Source: Azolla caroliniana (lineage: Eukaryota > Plantae > Polypodiophyta). From it: 64,000 bases of DNA. Below the pieces are notes generated by a model. It did not search any database. It had not been told where the DNA came from and was given only the letters and a program-made list of their open reading frames with translations. The position numbers and the translations under genes were made by a program. Positions 36,504 to 53,700 of the stretch are shown here, piece after piece. The stretch lies in the NCBI GenBank assembly GCA_043228905.1, contig JBHGNT010000013.1, positions 13,578,001 to 13,642,000 of the forward strand, in the 5' to 3' direction. Each line of letters starts with the position of its first letter. Position 1 is the stretch's first letter.

Positions 36504-37673
36504 ATGGCCACCGTTAGCGCTGAAGAGTATCAATCCGTTTTCTCGGAATTTCAATGCTTGAAAGAGAAGTTTCATGCTTTGGAACAAGAAAATCAACGCT
36601 TGTTGGGGGATCTTCAGCAAATTTCCTTAGAAAAGCAGCAAACGCAACAACAGCATGGGGAACTTGCGTTACGCGTGCAACAACTCGAAGCAACCATCGT
36701 AGCAATGCAACAACAAGGGCACGGAGCACAAGGGATTCATAAAGAACCCAAGATTGGCCTTCCCACGAAGTTCGATGGAACGCGATCGCAGTTTAGAGGG
36801 TTTCTTAACCAGGTACGGTTAGTTATTCAAATGCATCCGTCCCGATATCCCACCGATGCATCACGAGTGGGTTTAGTAGGCACGTTGTTAAATGGCTCAG
36901 CATTAGCATGGTTCGCTCCGCTACTAGAAAAGGAATCTCCAGTACTAAATAATTTTGAAGAATTCATAAGTGAGTTTAAAGCATGTTTTGGAGATACTGA
37001 CAGCATAAGGACTGCAATCAACAAAATCCGGCGATTACGCCAAGGTGACCGTCCAGCCTCCGCATATGCTGCAGATTTCCGCCTACTCGCCGCCGATATC
37101 CCCTGGGATGATCAAGCATTGATGGAGCAGTTCCGCTATGGTCTACGCAACGATGTCAAGGATTTACTCTTGACTTTCCCTGAAGAGCCAAAATCATTAA
37201 CAGAAGCAATCAGTCGAGCGGTAAGATGTGACAACCGCCTCTTCGAGCGACGTTCGGAACGACAATTTCAGATGCCGAGGGCAAGATCCGAGCCTACCTA
37301 TGCCTTAGTGGTAGCAAAACCTTTTCAAAGGGAGTCACATAATGCGCCTCCAGTAAGTACTCCAACTCCAATGGAAATTGACACTACACGTCGTCGTGGG
37401 CCGCTATCGGAGGAGGAAAAGCAACGACGCCGAACAAACCGATTATGCCTTTATTGCGGTGGACCAGGGCATATCGCGATAAACTGTCCCCATAGACCAA
37501 GAAGGCAGGTAAACCAAGTCGTTGTTAGTTCTGACTATACTAAACCCGAGTCTATTTCAGTAGGAATCTCTGATAGTCCTCATAGTCATAATAGTCCTAA
37601 TAGTACTAATAGTCCGAATCTCGCAAACAAATTTGATGTCCTTAGCCAATTAGAAGAAGAGTTAAACGACTAA
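36504..37673 (+). CDS. gag: Gag (coiled coil, capsid, zinc knuckle)
   Basis: PTKFDGTRSQFRGF, LRQGDRPASAYAADF, PTPMEID, CLYCGGPGHIAINC. Confidence 0.93.
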   Translation: MATVSAEEYQSVFSEFQCLKEKFHALEQENQRLLGDLQQISLEKQQTQQQHGELALRVQQLEATIVAMQQQGHGAQGIHKEPKIGLPTKFDGTRSQFRGFLNQVRLVIQMHPSRYPTDASRVGLVGTLLNGSALAWFAPLLEKESPVLNNFEEFISEFKACFGDTDSIRTAINKIRRLRQGDRPASAYAADFRLLAADIPWDDQALMEQFRYGLRNDVKDLLLTFPEEPKSLTEAISRAVRCDNRLFERRSERQFQMPRARSEPTYALVVAKPFQRESHNAPPVSTPTPMEIDTTRRRGPLSEEEKQRRRTNRLCLYCGGPGHIAINCPHRPRRQVNQVVVSSDYTKPESISVGISDSPHSHNSPNSTNSPNLANKFDVLSQLEEELND

Positions 37674-40600
37674 GTCCAGCCAAAATAGGAGCCGTTTGGT
37701 TGGACAGCCCTAGATCTGTGCAGCCCATTAGTGGTTCCATTCCCTCTAAGCAAGTTAGTGATGTGTTCGTAGCCCAAGTAGCAGTTAGTACTAAAAGTAC
37801 CCCTCCAGTACATACCTTAGCCCTTCTAGATTCCGGAGCTAATTCTTGCTTCATGGATAGGAATTTTGCCCGAGCTCATCAGATATCTCTCAGAAAGCTC
37901 CCATGTCCAGCCTCAGTAGTAGTCATTGATGGTCGTCCCATTGCTTCTGGTAATATCATAGAAGAGTCGGAACCCGTTAATATTGTCCTAGATAACTTAA
38001 CATGTGTAGTATCATTTAATATTATTAGTATTCCAGAACATCCCATAGTTTTAGGATTACCATGGTTCGAGTTACATAACCCAGACATAGATTGGAGGAC
38101 AAGGGAAATCCGGTTGCGACAAACCCAAGGATCTACCCAGAAGGTTGCAACCATTTCGCTACATCAGTTGCGTGAGGAAGGGCGCAAGGAGGAAATGTTT
38201 CTCTTCGCAATATCAGTACAACCCTCCAGCACCACCAAAGAGGAGTCCACCGTTCAACTTCCCGAGAAGTATCGTCAGTATGCTGATGTGTTCGATAAAG
38301 TACAAGCCAACACACTTCCTCATCATCGGCCGTACGATTGCGCCATCGACTTACAACCGGGAAAAGAGCCGCCATGGGGGCCGATCTACAATTTGTCACC
38401 AACCGAGCTAGAAGTCCTCCGAGCCTATATAGAGGAGAATTTGGAGAACGGTTTCATTCGGCATTCGAAATCTCCAGCCGGTGCACCCATTTTCTTCGTC
38501 AAGAAAAAAGATGGCTCGCTTCGACTCGTTGTAGATTACCGTGGCTTGAATAAGGTCACAGTAAGAAATAGGTATGCTCTTCCCCTTATCTCAAGTCTTT
38601 TAGAACGGATCAACGGTGCCAGGTTCTTCACGAAGATCGACTTACGAGGAGCCTATAACCTCGTACGGATCCGACCAGGAGATGAATGGAAGACCGCGTT
38701 TCGCACCAGATATGGGCACTTCGAGTATACGGTCATGCCGTTCGGACTCACTAATGTGCCGGCAGTCTTCCAGCACATGGCGAATGATATATTTCGAGAT
38801 CTCTTGGATGATTTTTTGATCATCTATTTGGATGATCTACTGGTTTATTCAAAGACCCAAGAAGAACATGATTCTCATGTACTATTAGTACTAAAACGAC
38901 TTCGAGAACATGGTCTGTATGCAAAGTTAGAGAAATGTAGTTTCGGGTGCAACCAAGTGGAATTTCTCGGCTATGTCATCTCCTCAGAAGGCATATCTAT
39001 GGACCCAGCCAAGGTGAAAACGGTGATAGAATGGCACACTCCGCGTTCGGTGCGGGATGTGCAATGCTTCCTAGGCTTTGCAAATTTTTACCGGAAGTTC
39101 ATACAAAATTACTCAAAAATTGTGCTGCCTCTCACACAGCTCACCAAGAAGGGACAATCATTCATTTGGTCTAAAGAGACGGACATGGCTTTCGAGAGTC
39201 TTAAGAAGGCGTTTACATCAGCTCCAATTTTAGGTCATGTGGATCCGGAAAAACCATTCATTATCGAAGCTGACGCATCGGATTTCGCATTGGGGAGCAT
39301 TCTGTCACAACAGGGTAACGACGAGAAGCTACATCCTGTGGCTTTCCACTCCCGTAAGTTTGACGCCGCCGAAATCAACTACGAAATTCATGATAAAGAG
39401 CTATTAGCAATAGTTGATTCTTTTATGCAATGGAGGCATTTCCTGGAGGGATCTCCTCATCAGGTCACTGTATTCAGTGACCACAAGAACCTTGCCTACT
39501 TTCAAGATGCTCGTGTACTGAATCGACGTCAAGCTCGGTGGGCCCACTTCCTCACACGCTTCGACTTCAAAATTACATATCGTCCGGGGAAGCACCAAGG
39601 GAAGGCAGATGCATTATCACGGCGTTCGTATCTAACACCACGTCCCGGTGAGCCAGCTTTCGATAACCAGAAGCAAGTAATCTTGGGTCCAGCACGACTG
39701 CAAGCAGCACAAGTCTTTGACATGCCCGTGGATTCCGACATTACCAATACTATACGTGAGGACTTGAAGACTGACGCTTTCGCCCAAGCTATACTAGCAC
39801 AAATTGACCCCTCTCGAGCGTCATGTTCACAATCACAATCACCAGGTACGGATTATCGGCAATTCAAATACTGTGATGGATTACTCTTCTTTAAAGAACT
39901 TTTGTATGTTCCTAATGGTTCTTGCCGCCTTCGAGTAGTACAAAATTGCCATGACACATATACAGCAGGACATTTTGGTAGTACTAAAACATTAGATTTA
40001 GTACAACGATCATTCTGCTGGCCCCGTATGCGACAATTTGTCGAAGATTTTGTTCGGACTTGCGATACATGCTGCAGAGCGAAAATGCCAAGACATCATC
40101 CATATGGTTTATTAGAACCATTACCAATTCCAAGCAAGCCATGGCAATCCATTGCTCTTGACTTCATTACAGATCTTCCAGTCTCTAAGGGATTCAGTGC
40201 GATTCTCACAGTGGTGGATCGATATACGAAGATGCCTCATTTCTTACCATGTACTAAAGAAATATCTAGTGAAGACACCGCCGAAATTGTCATGCGGGAA
40301 GTATGTCGGCATCATGGACTCCCTGATAATATCATCAGCGATCGTGGACCCCAGTTTGTGTCAAAATTCTGGAAGCACCTTTTTAAAATGCTGAAGGTCA
40401 CTTGTAACCTCTCCTCCGGCTACCACCCACAAACCGACGGTCAAGCCGAACGAACAAATCAAACACTGGAGCAGTATCTGCGGTGCTTTCTCAACTATCA
40501 TCAGAATGACTGGGCAGATATTCTTCAGTTCGCCGAATTTGCCTATAATAACACTATCCACGCATCGACTAAAGTCACGCCATTCTACGCTTATACGGGA

Positions 40601-41257
40601 TATCATCCCCGGTGGTGTGTCCTTGAAACCCCAGAAGTGTCCACAAATCCTTGCGCGGAGGATCGTTTGGAGCGGTTACGCAAGATACAAGCGGATTTAT
40701 CTACTCAACTCCAGCAAGCTCAACAATCACACAAGGACTACGCAGATCGTCATCGACTTCCATCCAGTTTTAACATTGGAGATCGGGTGTGGCTGCTACG
40801 ACGACACATCAAGACTACTCGCCCATGTGAGAAGTTGGATTATCGGCGATTAGGTCCTTTCCGTATTATCGGGAAGATTAATGATGTCGCTTTTCGTCTC
40901 GAGCTACCTCCGCAACTTCGGATACATCCGGTGTTTCATAGTTCTCTCCTCGAACCCTATCACGAGAGCACTATCCCAAGACGTACTATACAACCACCAC
41001 CTCCTATCGAGCTCGAAGATGGACCTGAGTATGAGGTCGCTGCCATCCTCGATTCCAAGATTGTTCGCAACAAGCTCTACTATCTAGTCGATTGGCTAGG
41101 ATATAGTCCCAGCGAGCGTACTTGGGAACCGATCGAGAATGTGACCAATGCTCGTGCTCTTCTAGAAGACTTCCATCGACGATATCCCGAGAAACCGGGT
41201 CCTCAATCCAAAACGACTCGTGGAACTCGTCGTTTTAAAGGGGGGATAGTGTCATAA
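37646..41257 (+). CDS. pol: Pol (PR-RT-RNase H-INT-chromodomain), in the -1 frame relative to gag
   Basis: LLDSGA, YLDD, EADASD, HHCC, GPF, YEVAAILDSK...YYLVDWLGY. The frame is open from 37646 and overlaps the gag end; the stop lies inside the 3' LTR. Confidence 0.93.
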   Translation, partial: PIRRRVKRLSPAKIGAVWLDSPRSVQPISGSIPSKQVSDVFVAQVAVSTKSTPPVHTLALLDSGANSCFMDRNFARAHQISLRKLPCPASVVVIDGRPIASGNIIEESEPVNIVLDNLTCVVSFNIISIPEHPIVLGLPWFELHNPDIDWRTREIRLRQTQGSTQKVATISLHQLREEGRKEEMFLFAISVQPSSTTKEESTVQLPEKYRQYADVFDKVQANTLPHHRPYDCAIDLQPGKEPPWGPIYNLSPTELEVLRAYIEENLENGFIRHSKSPAGAPIFFVKKKDGSLRLVVDYRGLNKVTVRNRYALPLISSLLERINGARFFTKIDLRGAYNLVRIRPGDEWKTAFRTRYGHFEYTVMPFGLTNVPAVFQHMANDIFRDLLDDFLIIYLDDLLVYSKTQEEHDSHVLLVLKRLREHGLYAKLEKCSFGCNQVEFLGYVISSEGISMDPAKVKTVIEWHTPRSVRDVQCFLGFANFYRKFIQNYSKIVLPLTQLTKKGQSFIWSKETDMAFESLKKAFTSAPILGHVDPEKPFIIEADASDFALGSILSQQGNDEKLHPVAFHSRKFDAAEINYEIHDKELLAIVDSFMQWRHFLEGSPHQVTVFSDHKNLAYFQDARVLNRRQARWAHFLTRFDFKITYRPGKHQGKADALSRRSYLTPRPGEPAFDNQKQVILGPARLQAAQVFDMPVDSDITNTIREDLKTDAFAQAILAQIDPSRASCSQSQSPGTDYRQFKYCDGLLFFKELLYVPNGSCRLRVVQNCHDTYTAGHFGSTKTLDLVQRSFCWPRMRQFVEDFVRTCDTCCRAKMPRHHPYGLLEPLPIPSKPWQSIALDFITDLPVSKGFSAILTVVDRYTKMPHFLPCTKEISSEDTAEIVMREVCRHHGLPDNIISDRGPQFVSKFWKHLFKMLKVTCNLSSGYHPQTDGQAERTNQTLEQYLRCFLNYHQNDWADILQFAEFAYNNTIHASTKVTPFYAYTGYHPRWCVLETPEVSTNPCAEDRLERLRKIQADLSTQLQQAQQSHKDYADRHRLPSSFNIGDRVWLLRRHIKTTRPCEKLDYRRLGPFRIIGKINDVAFRLELPPQLRIHPVFHSSLLEPYHESTIPRRTIQPPPPIELEDGPEYEVAAILDSKIVRNKLYYLVDWLGYSPSERTWEPIENVTNARALLEDFHRRYPEKPGPQSKTTRGTRRFKGGIVS

Positions 41258-41539
41258 CTAGACTCGAACCCATAACCTTTTGTTACACGGGTCGAGACTT
41301 TACCATTAGGTTATGAATTGTAATTTGAAGGATATTATTTTCATTTAGGTTTTATTGGGAAATTGATGTATATTCCAGATTTCTCTGGAACATTCTAGAA
41401 ACTTCAGGAGTATTCCTGAAGACACTATAAAAGGAGGCGCAAGGCATTAGTTCGAACCAAATCGGTTCAACGCCAGTCTTAAGCCTTCTAACTACTGTTG
41501 TATATCTTCCTTCATATAATACATATATCTTTCGCATCA

Positions 41540-41579
<40 letters not shown>

Positions 41580-42070
41580 ACTCATTCCTTCTCTCAAAAG
41601 TTCGACACCTCTCATAGTACTAATCCTTCTCTGTCTTAGTACTATTCCCCAACAATAGTACTAATCCTTCTTTTAGTACTAATTCCTTCTCTGCCTTAAT
41701 AGAGTTCCTGACACCCTCTATCTCTTCTAATCGTCGCCTACACCAAGCTTTGTTTACGATTCGGGTGCGCTCAAATCGATCTTGGTGGTCTCGTCTCCCT
41801 CTCAACTTATCTACAACCCACCGATGATTTCCCCGTTCCGCACTCCTTGTACCGGCCGTAAGGCCAACATAAATAAATGTTGTCGGTTCTCTTATGCACC
41901 TCTCCTTTTTCAATAAAACAATAAAAGAATATTACTCTTAAATCCTAAAGTCTTCACTTCCCCATTATGATCGTAAACTTATACAATAAACACACATACG
42001 CACACACACATACATCCGGAACCACATATAGGTAAACGTGTACACATATGTAACAATATATTATACATAC

Positions 42071-42106
<36 letters not shown>

Positions 42107-42991
42107 GTACAAACAAGTACATATATACATGTAATACACTTATTGAGACATAAACTAGAGTAAACATATAATATAGACAATTAATACAGTATTTATACTC
42201 TCCCTTAGACAATAACGCACAATTACATGTATACACTCATGTGAATACCTATGAGCATATACAACCAAACACATTTAAACAAGCATATTCCAAACACATG
42301 AGCACACATGTTCGAATCTTACGCGTCTATTGTAGATGCGTCAGATTTGAACATATTCCAGTGCATATGTTCTAGAACGAGGTCACTTTACTCATTGAAG
42401 GATTCTCTTGCACACCGAAAGGGTGCCTACAAGTGAACCTACGATGGTCAAGATGGACAAGTTTAACCACATTCCATAACAAAATTCATCTTCGACATTG
42501 CCATCTTCCCGAGTTCAAGTTCCCAATATTGTCATTGAATTTTTCACACTCGCATGTAATTTCACGATAATGATTCATATCAGGCAAGTGTTGTGAATCT
42601 CTAAGAGCCACCACCCATCATTGTTGTGATACTTGGTAAACATTGTTGCGATGATTTGAGGCACCGCATTAAGGACTTGGTTAATGTTGAATGTAGTTCG
42701 GTCGTGTAGGAAGTAGAGTGTTATTTGAATGTCTTCTGCCAAGGACGAGAACTCATTGGATGCTTCACCTTCAAACTTAGTCCTCTTACACAATACATTG
42801 GACCATAGGAAATATTGGAGAAAGAGGTTGGAGATATTGGTGCAAAGATCCTAAACTCCGATGTAAGCTTACAAGCTAAAATGTGTCATCTATTCCTTCT
42901 TCTCTACCCCTTAGGATGCTAAACACATGTCTACTTCAATGAGGGTGGGCGAGAAACCATTCCCCAATATTGCATATCTTATATGAGGTAC

Positions 42992-43183
42992 TTAATCCTT
43001 AGTTGGTAGTCCTTCTACCATCCATGTGGCATCCAATTCCTCACACATATAATACCTCAAGTTCATTGTATCCAAAGTGTCCCTCATATTCACTGTCATG
43101 AGCTCTACTTCCTCATTGTAGAATGCAAATTTTGCATCAAAATACTCATCGTCATGTCCCCATTCCCCATTATATCCTTCCAA
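42992..43183 (-). pseudogene. Old PPO fragment (duplicate of 17040-17228)
   Basis: DDEYFDAKFAFYNEEVELMTVNMRDTLDTMNLRYY. Confidence 0.75.
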
Positions 43184-43396
43184 AGTGGTTGGAAACCAGT
43201 CCTAATCTGACGAGCCAGATCAGATGTATCGGAAAGGTATCCGGTGTGAAGTAGAAGTAGGGACATGTTAGAAAACATGTTCTAATGCGCCCATTGAGGC
43301 CATATTTGTAAATAGCCCTAAAGTTATGTAAGTATAATTATAACTACGACAATGTGAAGTTGGTGTAGTTGTAAGTTAGTTATTTTGAGTCGTGAC

Positions 43397-48715
<5,319 letters not shown>

Positions 48716-48804
48716 CTTTCACTCGATTAAGGGCGTCAAAATCTACCTTGTGTTGTCGTAGTGTAATTTGCACACTACGTAAAAATTTTATTTTGGTCCT
48801 TCTG

Positions 48805-49020
48805 ATGGGACAAGGAGGACCCGGTAAGGAGAACCGGTGAGAACCGGATGAAGGAGGACCCGGTAAGGAGAACCAGTGAGAACCGGATGAAGGAGGAACC
48901 GGAAGGGAGGACCCGATAAGGAGACCCGGTAAGAATTGGATCAAACAGAACCGGCAAGAGCCGGTGAGAGTCTTTCACCGGATGAAGAGACAAATTTGTA
49001 AATAGAAGAAAAGATTGTTA
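48805..49020 (+). repeat. Short LTR-like fragment with ~39-bp CCGG-rich tandem repeats
   Basis: GAACCGGATGAAGGAGGACCCGGTAAGGA repeats resemble the reverse complement of the Copia LTR 36-mers. Confidence 0.5.
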
Positions 49021-49429
49021 CATGCATAGGGCAGGATTTGAACCCTGTACCTCCATCTAAATAAACTCAAAACATGTTCGCGTTCACATGTAAAATTTTG
49101 GTTGATTTTAGGGCTTTTTCAATGATTTTACAAGACACATTGATACTAGTATCATACATGTTCAAACATACTATGAAAAAGGTTAAAAATCTACTATTTT
49201 CGTGATTTAGAAGTAGCCAAAAAAAGAGGAATTTCAAAAAGTTACATTCTCAATTTATATCACAAACTTTACAACCAATGTTATTTTATAAGAAATGATT
49301 ATTTAGAAATCATAAGAATTCAAAACACATGCTTTTATATTACTCGATTTGTTACAAGCGGAATGTAGTTAAACTTAATAGCCCAAAATACATTCATGAT
49401 CACTCCTTTACGGAGAATCACTACTATAA

Positions 49430-50769
49430 CTAATATACAATGACGATTCCTCCTTGTCATCCTCGGATGTACTAATCAGTGCATTATCTTCGTCATAAAT
49501 CAAATGGTTTGACTCTAGATTATATGTAGCAGATCTCGTTTGCCTTTGACTCGAGCCACCTTGTAGACCTGGTAATTTTTCTTTTATTATATCTATCGTT
49601 GACTTCCTTTATCGTCCGACTTTTGTAAGCGTGAAGTCGTACACGATGATATCCACATCAGAGATATCAAGGTTCAAGGTGTTACGAATGTTTTGCTTCC
49701 TCTTCCTACCTCCCCTTGTTGTTGGGCATTCAATCATCTCCAATGTATACTTACCTATAAAAGCATTTGCACTTCTAGTGTTTTACCAATGAACGTTTAT
49801 AGACTTGATCGTGTTTTCTATTTCATGCATTAGCACTTCTAGAATTTTACCAACCCAAAATTGGTGGCCATGTGAGTTCTCATCAGCTGGCGTTGCAATC
49901 AACATCCCTGCCGTGAGCTCTTGCAAATTGCCTTGCCATCTAGCTTCGGCTGCTTTGGTCATCCTTGGTCCCACATAAATGTCTCTTTGTTGTGGATGGA
50001 CCAAATTGTCATTAATCGCATTTGCTGGTTGCTCCGGAGTTTTATTTACACAATCATGTTGCAGCGACCATGTGAATGGCGTTTCCAAATTCCAATTATC
50101 ACCAAATACACAATTGTCTATAATTCCTTTCTAATCACTATAAAATACATGCCACCATGACATGTCTTGTTGTGCGGCATATTTCTTGGCGGCCTCAATA
50201 TGCTTTCTTTTTTCTTGTAAGGCTTGGAGCCATAACCGTTTTTGTTCCGATACCAAGTCACTATGCAACTGTCCTTTCTTCTCAATTGGCATTTACTTAG
50301 CTCCATGGACAATTGTACTCGGGATACAAAGTAATAACTGGCAACCACCTTCAGGTTCCCATGTTGTAGAAGATGAATATTGTTTAGCCTACAAAAGCGT
50401 AGAACCACTTATTTTATTTTTCTTTATCATAAAAATGTGATTGAAGCTTATATTGTTTAACTGGGCGAGCACTTTAACATTCCCAACACCCCCATCTGAT
50501 ATATATCTCTTAAAGTCATATACCTCCTTCAAGTGTAACACTTTTGGGTGTGGTGTATATGCATCACAAATTACATCAAGTAGTTTAGGTAATGTGAAAG
50601 CATCATGCCGAGACAATTGTCTGGAGAATGTGCTAAACATCTGATCTATATGATCATGTGTGTGGCCAACCAAAAGAAAATTGACTTTCACTTTTCTAAA
50701 GAATCCTTGGTTGACCAACATATACTTAGATAGCCAAACAGAGTTGAATTTTTGTTCTCTCTAGCAATA
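49430..50769 (-). pseudogene. DDE transposase relic (Sola-like/DUF7869-type, tentative), C-terminal part
   Basis: ARENKNSTLFGYLS...KVNFLLVGHTHDHIDQMFS. Continues from LYFQLDNI at 56370 across the Copia TSD. Confidence 0.65.
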
Positions 50770-53700
50770 TGTCGAGAACGCAACGCTCCTTATGCACGAC
50801 GCTCGGCCACAACCGAGATTCTTTTCATACACAGAAAACAGGAAACAAAAAAAAACACGCGACGCAAAGGAGAGAAAAAAAAGGTACACAGGAGGTTTAC
50901 GTGGAAAACCCCAAACTAAGGGAAAAACCACGGCAGCCCACAGGCTGCAAACTGTCACTATGTAGGAATATACAACAGTGAGTTCACTGAGGCACCGACC
51001 TCGTGCTCACGTATCTTCGCCACAGGCGGCGGTTACAATAGAGGCAACGACCTCTCTCTCTCTCTCTCTCTCTGTACACTATTACGTGCTCTCTATTCTT
51101 CTTGCACCAACAAGGAAAAAATGACAACAACAGTTGCTAAAAGTTTGCCCTAAGTTATATTTATACCAATATGACTTTTCGGCTATTTACAAATGTAGCC
51201 TCGATGGGCTCTCAGACACATATTTACGAATATGTCTCTTCATCCAGTTCTCACCGGGTCTGTACCATCCGGGTCTCCGTAGCCGGGTATTCCTCATCCG
51301 GTCTTCACCGGGTCTGTATCATCCGGCTCCCCGTAGCCGGGTACTCCTCATCCGGTTCATACCGGGCCTGCACCATCCAACTCTCCGTAGCCGAGTACTC
51401 CTCATCCGGTTCATACTGGGCCTGCGCCATCCGGCTCTCCGTAGCCGGGTCCTCCTCATACGGTTTCGGCCTCGGCCGAGTTTGTTCATCGGCACTGTTC
51501 TTCTCCCTTCCCATCCGGAGGGACCTGTTTCCCAACAAACTCCCCCTTCACTCCGGCATGGGGTGTCTTACTAGTCCGATCCTCTTCCGGCATGCGTCCA
51601 GCTAGTCGGGTGTCAGCACTTTGGTCAGCATATCTGACCCGTTCTCGGCCGTCTGGATCTTCGTCAGTGCGAACTCCTGGTCATCTACTCTTTCCCGGAT
51701 CCACTGATACCTCCGCTGGATATGCTTCGTCCGGGAATGGTAAGCCGCATTCTTAGCAAGGTGGATGGCACTTTGACTGTCGCAGTAGAGTCGGTATTCC
51801 TCTTGCCGGATACCGAGCTCTCCGATGAAGTCCTTCATCCATAATATTTCCTGGCCGCCTTCCATAGCCGCCATGTACTCCGCCTCTGTGGTTGACAATG
51901 CAACCGTCTTCTGCAGCCTCGACTGCCACGAAACAGCTCCCCCTGCATATGTCATCACATACCCGGATGTAGACCGGTTGGTATCCACATAAACCGACAT
52001 GTCCAAATCGGTGAAACCGTCCAGTTGAGGTTTTCCGGAGCCGAATTGAAGACACATATTTGAAGTGGCCTTCAAATAACGGAGTATCCATTTGACCACG
52101 TTCCAGTGCTCCTTGCCGGGATTGCTCATAAACTGGCTCACCACTCCGACTCCGTATCCAATGTCCGGTCGGGTACAAACCATTGCGTACATCAAACTCC
52201 CGACGGCAGAGGCATATGGGATCTTCATCATATCCGCCTTCTCTGCTTTCGTCTTCGGACTTTGCTTACCGGATAGCTTGCAGTTTGCCGGAAGTGTCGA
52301 TCCGACCGGTTTTGCATCTGACATGTTGAACCAGTGAAGCACCTTTGTCACGTACTTCTCCTGTGACAGGCATAATTGCTTCTTTGACCGGTCCCGAATG
52401 ATGTGCATCCCCAACATCTGTCTTGCCGGACCCAAGTCTTTCATTGAGAAGGTCCGGTTGAGAGCCTTCTTCAGCATCCGTATTTTTACTTGGTCTTCTC
52501 CGACGATCAACATGTCATCCACGTACAGGAGGAGTATCAAGAAGTCCCCTCCTTCGAACTTCTTCACAAACACGCAGTGATCGGCCTGCGTCTTGTGGTA
52601 CCCTTGATCGATCATGAAGGAGTCGAACTTCCGGTACCATTGCCGGGGAGCCTGCTTCAGTCCGTACAGGCTCTTCTTCAACCGGCATACCAGGTGCTCC
52701 TTCCCTTTCTCCACAAATCCTTCCGGTTGCTGCATGTAGATCTCCTCTTCGAGGTCGCCGTGAAGGAATGCCGTCTTCACGTCCAGTTGCTCTACCTCGA
52801 GGTCCATGCTTGCCGCTATACTCAGCACCGTCCGGATGGAGGTCATCTTTACTACTGGGGCCAATATCTCGTCGAAGTCCACGCCCTTCTTCTGCTGGAA
52901 CCCCTTTACCACGATCCTGGCTTTGTATCTCGGGGGGTTGCCGGCATCTCCCGGTTTCAACTTGTACACCCACTTGTTTCGGAGTGCCCGCTTTCCTTTC
53001 GGCAACTCCATCAATTCATACTTATGGTTCTCATGCAGGGAATCTATCTCATCCTGCATGGCACTTAACCATTTTCGGCTGTGGGTGTCTTCCTTCGCTT
53101 CTTCGAAGCTTTTCGGCTCCCCCTCATCGGTCAACAAAACATGATCTGCATCCGGAAATCTCTGGGGGGCCCTTCTCTCTTTGAGAGGATATCTACGTCT
53201 TCGGGCTTCGGTAACCGGCTCCTCCATTTGCTCTTCATCCGAATCCGATTCGGGGTCTTGGCCGGTTCCGGTTTCAGCTTCCTGTACTTCTTCTTAAGCC
53301 TGTTCGGTATCCTCACCGTAACCGGCTGGTTCCTCGAGTGCTAACCGGTCTCTTGCCGGTTGGGTCTGCTCATCGTAGAGTCTATCCTTACCGGTCGACT
53401 CGGAGTTCATTATCTTCTTCTCCGACTCCCAGTCGGTGAGCGTCTTGTCCTCCATGAAGATAATATCTCGACTCCGGAATACCTTCTTGTCGACCGGGTC
53501 CCACACTCGGTAGCCGAACTCATCGTCACCGTAACCGAGGAATATGCATGGCCGGGTCTTTGGATCTAACTTTCCTCTCTGGTCCTTAGCTACATGCACG
53601 TACGCGAGACACCCGAACACCTTCAGATGCCGGTAGGATACTTCCTTACCGGTCCACACTCTATGTGGCGTGTCTCCGTCCAAGGGTACTGAGGGTGATC

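Larger units (their letters stand above)
35932..41713 (+). mobile_element. Intact chromoviral Ty3/Gypsy (Tcn1/Tf1-like), copy A
   Basis: LTRs 35932-36401 and 41250-41713 appear to differ only in CT-repeat length. TSD CCCTC; PPT ~41237-41249; open gag and pol. Confidence 0.97.

Noticed and set aside
37700-37702. TTG start for pol (also 58886 and 29091)
   Set aside because: It lies within the frameshift stem; the frame is open upstream to the slippery site.
49028-49056. tRNA gene (minus-strand GGTTCAAATCC B box)
   Set aside because: Only a T-arm-like remnant with no A box or cloverleaf; at most a SINE relic.
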